Assembly (NCBI GenBank): GCA_963805945.1 | Contig: CAWDVP010000007.1 | Span: 1 to 32,704, forward strand | Reading direction: 5' to 3' | Source of the DNA: Vulcanimicrobiota bacterium | GTDB lineage: Bacteria; Vulcanimicrobiota; Vulcanimicrobiia; Eremiobacterales; Eremiobacteraceae | Length of the DNA: 32,704 bases | Part shown: positions 1 through 7,239 of the stretch, in pieces | Layout: every line of letters begins with the position of its first letter | Position numbering within the stretch: position 1 is the stretch's first letter | The notes under the pieces: model-generated | What the model was told of the DNA's origin: nothing | The model's input: only the letters and a program-made list of their open reading frames with translations | Databases searched by the model: none | Position numbers and translations under genes: made by a program

Positions 1-468
1 TTCGAGTCCTCGCTTGCCTAGGTAGTCCTCATATGTGCCCTTCTTATAAGGAAGCCGGCCGAGCTCCATCGGCTCGATGATGCCGTCGATGATCAACGTG
101 GATCCGAGACCGGTGCCAAGACCCAAGAACAGCATCTTGCCGCCCTTATAGCTTCCGAGCGCCTGCATGGCCGCGTCGTTGAGGAGCTTCACGGGGCGCC
201 CGAAGGCCTTCTCGAAGTCGAAGCCGACCCAGCCGGAGCCGAGATTGTTCGGTTCGGTCATGATCTTGCCGCCCGCCACCACGCCGGGATAGCCGATCGA
301 CAGGACGTCGTAGTCCCAGTCCTTGGCCAGCTTTTTCACTTCGGAGACCATGCGTCGCGGCGTCAAGGTGGGACCGGAGAGGAAACGGCGGCGCGTCGCT
401 TGGCCCGTGGCAAGGATCTTGACGCTGGTCCCGCCGATGTCGACGGCGAGCACGCGCTTCAGCGCCAC
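1..468 (-). CDS. ROK-family sugar kinase, polyphosphate glucokinase-like (3' end runs off the window)
   Basis: Manual translation from GTG 468: MALKRVLAVDIGGTSVK...SIGYPG...LLNDAAMQALG...LFLGLGTGLGS...MELG. These are ROK/PPGK motifs. Absent from the ORF track because it is open at the window edge. Confidence 0.85.
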   Translation of the reverse strand, partial: MALKRVLAVDIGGTSVKILATGQATRRRFLSGPTLTPRRMVSEVKKLAKDWDYDVLSIGYPGVVAGGKIMTEPNNLGSGWVGFDFEKAFGRPVKLLNDAAMQALGSYKGGKMLFLGLGTGLGSTLIIDGIIEPMELGRLPYKKGTYEDYLGKRGLE

Positions 469-679
469 CTCATACCTGCTTTCTGCGATGTCGCGACGCG
501 AGCACGTCGCCTTAGGGCGCGCGCCCTTCAGCCGCTCCGCGCGGGTCTCCTCCGCGGCCGGGCACGCGCGCCTGTTTCTCACCGTGCATGCTCCCGTTTC
601 CCAACCATTTCCCAACGCCGGATGGGAGAATGAGGTCAAAGCGCGCTTCGCGCTCGCACGTCTGAAAGGCGATCTTCTC

Positions 680-1123
680 ATGCAAGGTTACGTAACAGCT
701 CCCGGTCCGGATGCAGCAGGCCCGCCTCCATTCATGATGCACGGCCCCGGTTTTCCGGGCCACGGCTTCCACTCGATGATGATGGCCCACATGGGCCACA
801 TGTTCCATATGAGTCGCGCGGAAGGCATCGCCCATGTGGTGATCGGCATCGTCTTGCTTGCGGCCGCATGGTTCATCTTCATCAAGATGCGTCAGTTCAT
901 CGCCTCGAGCACCGCCGACCAGCAGCGCTATGTCGCGCCGATCTACCTCACGGTGGTGCTCGTGCTGTTCCTCGGCGGATTGCTCAACGCGGGCAGCGCG
1001 AGGAGCTGGGCCGCCATCTTCTCCCCGAACCCGCCCATGATGATCCAAGAGGAGCGTCGCGTGACGCCGGGCGACGGCGGGATGTGGCGTCCTCCGATGG
1101 TGCAGCCCTCCGCCAAGCCCTGA
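680..1123 (+). CDS. Hypothetical two-TM membrane protein with His/Met/Pro-rich N-terminus
   Basis: ATG 680 within ORF 323..1123, two hydrophobic segments, followed by a strong hairpin. Confidence 0.65.
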   Translation: MQGYVTAPGPDAAGPPPFMMHGPGFPGHGFHSMMMAHMGHMFHMSRAEGIAHVVIGIVLLAAAWFIFIKMRQFIASSTADQQRYVAPIYLTVVLVLFLGGLLNAGSARSWAAIFSPNPPMMIQEERRVTPGDGGMWRPPMVQPSAKP

Positions 1124-1139
1124 CCGCCGACGGTGGATT

Positions 1140-1172
1140 GAAGAGGGAGGCGCAGAGCGCGCCTCCCTCTTC
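1140..1172. terminator. Perfect 14-bp hairpin between convergent genes, probable bidirectional terminator
   Basis: GAAGAGGGAGGCGC-AGAGC-GCGCCTCCCTCTTC. Confidence 0.7.
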
Positions 1173-1191
1173 GCTTCCCTCGAACGTGCTG

Positions 1192-1350
1192 TCACACGGC
1201 TTGCGAACGCCCGGTGAGCAGGTTCACGATGAAGAGCACGAGCGCGATGACCAGCAAGAGATGGATCAGCGCGCCGCCGAAGTGCAGCAAGAAGCCCAGC
1301 AACCAGAACACGAATAGTATTGTGATGATGGTCCACAGCAGATTCGCCAC
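1192..1350 (-). CDS. Small membrane protein, lmo0937/DUF5670-like (52 aa)
   Basis: GTG start after AAGGAGG SD; MANLLWTIITILFVFWLLGFLLHFGGALIHLLLVIALVLFIVNLLTGRSQAV. Below the ORF-track cutoff. Confidence 0.85.
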   Translation of the reverse strand: MANLLWTIITILFVFWLLGFLLHFGGALIHLLLVIALVLFIVNLLTGRSQAV

Positions 1351-1398
1351 GAATTACCTCCTTCTCAAGGTCGTCCTCGACCTTGCCGAACGCGATTA

Positions 1399-1425
1399 TA
1401 CCCCCGCCGTCTCCGACTTCAAACC
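1399..1425 (-). promoter_or_regulatory. Putative SigB/SigF-type promoter for the lmo0937-like gene
   Basis: Minus strand GGTTT-N17-GGGTA. Confidence 0.55.
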
Positions 1426-1435
1426 CCGGCCATCC

Positions 1436-1461
1436 GGTTTAGCACCGCGCCGGAATGGGAA
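1436..1461 (+). promoter_or_regulatory. Putative SigB/SigF-type promoter for the DUF6496-like gene and Nramp
   Basis: GGTTT-N16-GGGAA, back to back with the divergent copy. Confidence 0.5.
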
Positions 1462-1492
1462 GAACGATGCGGGTCCATGGAAAGGAGCACGT

Positions 1493-1699
1493 ATGGCCAG
1501 CAAGAAGAGCGGCCGTCGCTACGGCGCGGCTGCGAGCAAAAGCGTAGAGCGAGCGATGCGCAAGAAGAACAAGGGTACGCTCATGTCGGGTCGGTCCGGT
1601 ACGAAGGTGACGAGCCGCAAGCAGGCGATCGCGATCGGACTTTCGGAGGCCCGGAAGAAGGGCGCGAAGGTCCCGTCAAAGCGCGGCCGTTCGAGGTAG
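1493..1699 (+). CDS. Small basic protein, DUF6496-like (68 aa)
   Basis: AAAGGAG SD; GTLMSGRSGTKVTSRKQAIAIGLSEARKKG signature. Confidence 0.85.
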   Translation: MASKKSGRRYGAAASKSVERAMRKKNKGTLMSGRSGTKVTSRKQAIAIGLSEARKKGAKVPSKRGRSR

Positions 1700-1723
1700 C
1701 CCGCGTGAGTCGAAGGTGAGAGG

Positions 1724-3067
1724 CTGAAGAAGAAGGCGCGCGCAAAGCCGGCCGCCGCGACGCCGGCGAGCGAAGAAGGGTCGCGCGAGGCGCGTCTGAA
1801 GCGAGAGCCGTTCAAACCGCTTCGCTGGCTCCGCCTGCTCGGCCCAGGCATCATCACCGGAGCATCCGATGATGATCCATCCGGCATCGCCACGTATGCC
1901 GTCGCCGGTGCATCGCTCGGCTATACGACGCTGTGGACAGCGTTGGTCACCTTTCCCATGATGGCCGTCAGCCAGCATCTGTGCGCGAAGATCGGATTGG
2001 TGACGGGCCGTGGTCTCGCGGGCGTGCTGCGCGCGCACTACACCCGTTTCATCGTGGTGCCCCTGGTCTTGGGATTGGTCGTCGCCAATAGCATCAATGC
2101 GGGCGCGGATATCGGCGCGATCGCCGCCTCCATCAACCTGCTGCTGCCGATCAAGATCGTGCTGTTGATCGTGCCGATCGCCGCCGTGATCCTCGCGTTG
2201 CAGATATGGGGATCGTACAAGGTGATCTCCTCGGTCTTCAAATGGCTCGCGCTCGCGCTCCTCGCGTACGTCGGCGCGGCGTTCTTCGCCAAGCCCGATT
2301 GGTGGCAGGTCATGCGCGGCACTTTCGTGCCGCACGTCTCGCTGACTGCCGCCTATATGACCACGCTCGTCGCGATCCTCGGCACCACGATCTCGCCGTA
2401 TATGTTCTTCTGGCAAGCGACCCAAGAAGTCGAAGAGGACATCGAAGAGGGCCGAAAATTCCTCTATCAGCGCACGGGCACCACCGATAAGGAGGTGCAG
2501 TACGCGGCATTCGACATCGACGTGGGCATGCTGTTCTCAAACCTCGTGATGTATTTCATCATCCTGGCGACGGCGGCGACCTTGCACGCATCGGGCCAGA
2601 CCCATATCCAAACGGCGGCGGACGCAGCAAGAGCGCTTGTGCCCATCGCGGGCAGAGGGGCAGAGCTGTTGTTGGCGACCGGTATGATCGGCGCCGGCTT
2701 CCTCGCCGTCCCTATTCTGACGAGTTCGTCGGCGTATGCGCTGTCCGAGGCGTTCGGCTGGAAAGCAAGTTTGAGCGCTGCGCCCGGCAAGGCCCCGCAG
2801 TTCTATGGCATCATCGCGCTCTCCACGGTCTTCGGCATCATCATCAATTTCGTCGGGATCAGTCCGGTGCAAGCCTTGTACTGGACCGCGGTCATCAACG
2901 GATTCCTCGCGCCGATCCTGCTGACGTTCGTCGTGCTCGTCGGAAACGACAAGCGGATCATGGGCGAGCGGACGAGTGGGCTCGGCGTCAACATCGTCGC
3001 CTGGCTCACGGTGGCCGCGTTGAGCATCGCGGCAGCGCTGCTGGTCGTGTTCTGGGGCCGCTCCTAG
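1724..3067 (+). CDS. Nramp/MntH-family divalent metal transporter
   Basis: The frame extends upstream of the tracked TTG 1943 and includes LGPGIITGASDDDPSGIATY. It also has LGTTISPY and many TM helices. Start inferred at CTG 1724 (or CTG 1796). Confidence 0.85.
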   Translation: MKKKARAKPAAATPASEEGSREARLKREPFKPLRWLRLLGPGIITGASDDDPSGIATYAVAGASLGYTTLWTALVTFPMMAVSQHLCAKIGLVTGRGLAGVLRAHYTRFIVVPLVLGLVVANSINAGADIGAIAASINLLLPIKIVLLIVPIAAVILALQIWGSYKVISSVFKWLALALLAYVGAAFFAKPDWWQVMRGTFVPHVSLTAAYMTTLVAILGTTISPYMFFWQATQEVEEDIEEGRKFLYQRTGTTDKEVQYAAFDIDVGMLFSNLVMYFIILATAATLHASGQTHIQTAADAARALVPIAGRGAELLLATGMIGAGFLAVPILTSSSAYALSEAFGWKASLSAAPGKAPQFYGIIALSTVFGIIINFVGISPVQALYWTAVINGFLAPILLTFVVLVGNDKRIMGERTSGLGVNIVAWLTVAALSIAAALLVVFWGRS

Positions 3068-3069
3068 AC

Positions 3070-3096
3070 GGATTCGGTCTGTCCGTCCGGGGGTAT
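3070..3096 (+). promoter_or_regulatory. Putative SigB/SigF-type promoter for the lipid kinase
   Basis: GGATT-N16-GGGTAT just upstream of ATG 3106. Confidence 0.45.
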
Positions 3097-3105
3097 AAGA
3101 ACAGC

Positions 3106-4041
3106 ATGAGCACGACCGTCAGCGGAAACGCGCCGCTCGTCGGAGCACCGCGTGCCGGCAAGCGCGCCTTGTTGCTCCTCAACCAAGACGCGCGTCAGGT
3201 CGACGAGCACGGTCTCGATGTGACGGCGCGCTTGCGCGACTCCGGGTTCACGGTCGTGCAGCCGGCGCTCAGCGACAGGGCATCGGTCGCGACGGCGATC
3301 CGCGAAAATGCTTCTACGACCGATCTCGTCATCGCCGGCGGCGGCGACGGCACGCTCAACGCAGTGCTTCAGGCACTCGTCGGGACCGGATTGCCGCTCG
3401 GCATCATCCCCTTGGGCACCGCGAACGATCTGGCGAAGACCCTAGGGCTGCCCTCGGATCCAAAGGCCGCGTGCGACGTGATCGCGCATGGGGAGTTGCG
3501 CCGCATCGATGCCGGCTGCGTGAACGGCACGTACTTCTTCAACGAGACCAGCATCGGCATGAGCCCGACGGTCTCCCGCGCGCTGTCCAAGGACGCGAAG
3601 GCCGCGCTGGGCGTGTTCGCCATCCTCGAAAAAGCCATTCGCATCATGGCACGCATGCGGCGCTTCACCGCACTGGTGCGATGTGACGGCGAAGAACACG
3701 TCCTGCGCACGGCGCAGCTCACCGTCGGCAATAGCAAGAACTTCGGCGGCTTCGTCGGCAGCGACGACGCCGAGATCGACGATCGCCGGCTGGACCTGTA
3801 CAGCGTCGCGTTCAGGCATTGGTGGTCGTACTTCGAGGTGCTCGTATCGCTCATCCGCCGCCGCTACGATGACGCCGGCTCGGTGTTCACCTTGCACGGA
3901 CGCATGTTCGAGGTCAGCACGCACAAGCCCAAGGCGATCGAGGCCGACGGCGAGATCGTCTCGATGACTCCCGCGCGCATCTGGATCGTGCCGCGCGCCG
4001 TTTCGGTCTTCGTGCCTCCCACAGAACGCCGGACCGCATGA
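3106..4041 (+). CDS. YegS/DgkB/BmrU-family lipid (diacylglycerol) kinase
   Basis: GGGDGTLN, IPLGTANDLA and ADGE motifs. Confidence 0.92.
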   Translation: MSTTVSGNAPLVGAPRAGKRALLLLNQDARQVDEHGLDVTARLRDSGFTVVQPALSDRASVATAIRENASTTDLVIAGGGDGTLNAVLQALVGTGLPLGIIPLGTANDLAKTLGLPSDPKAACDVIAHGELRRIDAGCVNGTYFFNETSIGMSPTVSRALSKDAKAALGVFAILEKAIRIMARMRRFTALVRCDGEEHVLRTAQLTVGNSKNFGGFVGSDDAEIDDRRLDLYSVAFRHWWSYFEVLVSLIRRRYDDAGSVFTLHGRMFEVSTHKPKAIEADGEIVSMTPARIWIVPRAVSVFVPPTERRTA

Positions 4042-4568
4042 GGTTCGGCAATCCTCGCCGAGCTCTGCGACCGCTGCAGTGGGTCGATCGCGTGACCTCT
4101 ATTTCGCTCGACGAGTTGAAATCGGACGGAATTCGTGCGATCATCATCGACTTGGACAACACATTGGTGGGCTATGACCGCGTCGAGCCCGAGCCGGGGG
4201 TCGCCGAATGGGTGCGTCGCGCTCAGACGAGCGGTTTCGCGATCGCGATCGTGTCGAATAACGTGCGCGCCTGGGTCAGCAGCATCGCGACGCAGCTCGG
4301 AATCGTCACCTACGTGCATACCGCTCTCAAGCCGCTGCCGTTCGGCTTGTTCAAGGCCGTACGGCAGCTGCGCGTCGCCCGATCGGCGACGGTCGTGGTC
4401 GGCGACCAGCTCTTCGCCGACGTGCTGGCCGCCAAACTGCTCGGGATCCGCGCGATCCTGACAGACCCGATCGAGGCGCACGAGCACCGCGCCATGTGGC
4501 TGGTCCGGCTGCTCGAGCGCTTCATGCTGCTCGGCACACCCCGCCGCACCCCCACGCCCATCGACTAG
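4038..4568 (+). CDS. yqeG: YqeG-family HAD-IIIA phosphatase
   Basis: DLDNTL, VSNN, KP and VVGDQLFADV motifs; ATGA overlap with the kinase. Confidence 0.9.
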   Translation: MRFGNPRRALRPLQWVDRVTSISLDELKSDGIRAIIIDLDNTLVGYDRVEPEPGVAEWVRRAQTSGFAIAIVSNNVRAWVSSIATQLGIVTYVHTALKPLPFGLFKAVRQLRVARSATVVVGDQLFADVLAAKLLGIRAILTDPIEAHEHRAMWLVRLLERFMLLGTPRRTPTPID

Positions 4569-4613
4569 CGACCACAGGTCGGGTGGCGGGGGTCGGCCAA
4601 CGTCGTCCGGGCG

Positions 4614-5471
4614 ATGAAGCCGAAACCGCTTATGGTCTGGCCCAATGCCAAACAGCGCATGCGCGACTTCGACCCCGGCGACACGTGGGGTTGCAAAGAC
4701 AAGCGCGAGGCGCAGGACAAATTGGCGCAGGACGTCGAGGCGCTGCGCGAGCTGCAAAACGTGTTGAGCGCGCAGGCGGAACATGCCGTGCTCATCATCT
4801 TCCAGGGCATGGACACGGCGGGCAAGGACAGCGCCATCAAGCACGTCATCTCGGGGGTCAATCCCCAGGGCGTCCACGTCTACAGCTTCAAAGCGCCTTC
4901 AGAAGAAGAGAAGCGCCACGACTATCTGTGGCGCGCGCAAAAAGTGATGCCGGAACGCGGCCGGATCGGCATCTTCAATCGTTCGTATTACGAGGACGTC
5001 CTCATCACGCGCGTGCACCCGGACCTGCTCGGCCCGCGCCTCGCACGGCATGCGGACAAGGAGTTCTGGAAACGCCGCTTCCGCGACATCAACGACTACG
5101 AACGCTACCTTGCCGACAACGGCACGTCGATCATCAAATTCTTCCTCAATATCTCGAAGAAAGAGCAGCGCAAGCGGCTGCTCGAGCGGCTCGACAAGCC
5201 GGACAAGCAGTGGAAGTTCTCGATCGGCGATCTGCAGCAGCGGGGCTTCTGGGACGAGTATATGAAAGCGTACGAGGCCATGGTGCATGAGACCAGCACC
5301 GCGCACGCGCCCTGGTATGTCATCCCGGCAGACCATAAGTGGTTCGCACACCTGGCCGTCGCCGACATCCTCGTGAAGCGGCTGCGCGCGCTGAAGATGT
5401 CCTACCCGAAACTGCCGCCGAGCCTGCGCGACGCGCTGCGCGAGCAGAAGCGCAAGCTTCTCAAAGGATAA
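4614..5471 (+). CDS. ppk2: Polyphosphate kinase 2 family (class III-like)
   Basis: QGMDTAGKD Walker A, IFNRSYYEDVL, APWYVIPADHKW. Confidence 0.92.
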   Translation: MKPKPLMVWPNAKQRMRDFDPGDTWGCKDKREAQDKLAQDVEALRELQNVLSAQAEHAVLIIFQGMDTAGKDSAIKHVISGVNPQGVHVYSFKAPSEEEKRHDYLWRAQKVMPERGRIGIFNRSYYEDVLITRVHPDLLGPRLARHADKEFWKRRFRDINDYERYLADNGTSIIKFFLNISKKEQRKRLLERLDKPDKQWKFSIGDLQQRGFWDEYMKAYEAMVHETSTAHAPWYVIPADHKWFAHLAVADILVKRLRALKMSYPKLPPSLRDALREQKRKLLKG

Positions 5472-5479
5472 CAAACTCG

Positions 5480-7234
5480 ATGCGCCCCGTGCCAACGCGC
5501 GATACGGCGCGGACGATCATCGCCGCCGGCGCAACCGCTGCGGTGGTCATACTGCTGGCGATCCAAGGCTGGTCGCTGCCGCACGAGGGCAGTCCGAACG
5601 CCGCCGCGTCGAGCGACGGCGCGTGCGCCGTCCGCATCACGGAGTCGTCGGGCGCGTTGGCCGCGGCCGGGCTGCGTGTCGGGGACGACGTCGATCTGCG
5701 CGCGGCAGAGCCGCTGACGCGATTGTTCTTCATCGACGCTTCGCCGATCGCGGACGAGCCGCTCTCACTGCCCGTGGTGCGGCCTGCAGGTTTGGCGACG
5801 GTCCGTGCCGTCGGCGCGGACGCTGTGCCGGTGCGCGGCTGGGTCACCGGCTTCATCGTGAAGATCGTCATCTTCTTGCTGGGGCTGCTCGTGCTGTGGC
5901 GCGGCCGCGATCGCGCGTCGCTGTTCTTCGGCATCTCGAGCCTCGCGATCTGCGCCGCGATGTATCCCGCGCCCGCCTTCCTGCCGTCGCTCGGCGGCCG
6001 CGTCGCGCTCGTGGTCGCGGTCGCGCTGCTCGCCGAGGTCGCCGCGTTTTTCTTCTATCTCATGCTCGAGCAGTTCGCGCGCGGCAACGTCTCGGAACGG
6101 CTGCTCGCGGTGACCCGCATCGTGGTCGTCGCCGCCGTGGCGGTTTTGATCGCAGACGATTTCATCTTCCCCATCGGGCGCGTCGCGACCGGCTGCATCA
6201 GCGTTCCGCTGCACGCGGTCCATCTGCCCGCCTACATGGCCGTGCTTGTCGCGTCGCTCGTCGTGCTGGCGACAGCGTTCATCGGCTCGCGGGGCGAGCA
6301 GCGCCAACGTCTGCGCTGGATCTTCTGGTCCACCGCGGTCGGGTTCTCCGGCGTGTTCATCTATATCGCCGGCCAGTTCGCCGGCTGGCACATCCCGGTC
6401 TATCCGCTCACGAACATCACCGCGGTCGCCATCCCCATCGGCTACTCGTACGCGATCCTGCGCCACCGCGTCATCGACGTCAATTTCGTGCTCAATCGAG
6501 CGCTCGTGTTCGCGGCCTCGACGACCGTCGTGTTCGGCGTCTTCGCGCTGCTCGGCAGCTATATCGAAAAGGCGGCGGTGGGCGAGCGCACGAGCCTCAT
6601 CTTGCAGGTGGCGGTCGCGCTCGGCGTGGCGTTCTCGTTCAAATGGCTCCAGGACCGCTTCGACACGATCGTCGACCGGCTGTTCTTCCGTCAACGCTAT
6701 GCGGCTGAGGCCGCGATCCGCCAGACGATCGAAGAAGTGTCCTTCGTGCGCGACGGCGCGACGCTGCTCGCGCGCGTCGCCGCCGCGCCGGTCGAGCAGC
6801 TGCACGCGCGCGGCGCCGCCATCTATCTCGACGGCGACGGCTCGTACCGCCTCGCCGCCGCCGCGGGTGAGTGGTCGAGCGTCAAGACGGTCGACGCGGA
6901 CGACCCGGCGTTCGTGCGCCTGCGCGCCACGCTGCATGAGGTGGAGCTCGACGACGTGCCGTCGGCGCTCGGGCGGGGCGTGGCGCTGCCGATGGGGCTG
7001 CAGGGCCAACTCTCAGGCGCCCTGGTATGCGCGCCGCGCGCGTCGGACGAGCGCTACGACCCGGACGAAGTGGAGATCTTGCGGTCGCTCGCGCATCAGC
7101 TCGCGCTCTCGCTGACCGCGCTCGACGCGCGCGAGTCGCTGCTGCTCATGCGGGCGCTGGCGGATGGCACGGTGACGCCGCCGGAGGCGCTCGAAAGAGC
7201 GCGTTCGTTAAGCACCAGGGAATGGAGGACGTGA
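5480..7234 (+). CDS. Polytopic membrane protein with PDZ-like loop and C-terminal GAF-like domain, no output domain
   Basis: AAAGLRVGD (PDZ-like); about 8-9 TM helices; YAILRHRVIDV and VDRLFFR linkers; ALPMGLQGQLSGALVC...YDPDEVEILRSLAHQLA (GAF-like). Confidence 0.7.
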   Translation: MRPVPTRDTARTIIAAGATAAVVILLAIQGWSLPHEGSPNAAASSDGACAVRITESSGALAAAGLRVGDDVDLRAAEPLTRLFFIDASPIADEPLSLPVVRPAGLATVRAVGADAVPVRGWVTGFIVKIVIFLLGLLVLWRGRDRASLFFGISSLAICAAMYPAPAFLPSLGGRVALVVAVALLAEVAAFFFYLMLEQFARGNVSERLLAVTRIVVVAAVAVLIADDFIFPIGRVATGCISVPLHAVHLPAYMAVLVASLVVLATAFIGSRGEQRQRLRWIFWSTAVGFSGVFIYIAGQFAGWHIPVYPLTNITAVAIPIGYSYAILRHRVIDVNFVLNRALVFAASTTVVFGVFALLGSYIEKAAVGERTSLILQVAVALGVAFSFKWLQDRFDTIVDRLFFRQRYAAEAAIRQTIEEVSFVRDGATLLARVAAAPVEQLHARGAAIYLDGDGSYRLAAAAGEWSSVKTVDADDPAFVRLRATLHEVELDDVPSALGRGVALPMGLQGQLSGALVCAPRASDERYDPDEVEILRSLAHQLALSLTALDARESLLLMRALADGTVTPPEALERARSLSTREWRT

Positions 7235-7239
7235 CCGCT

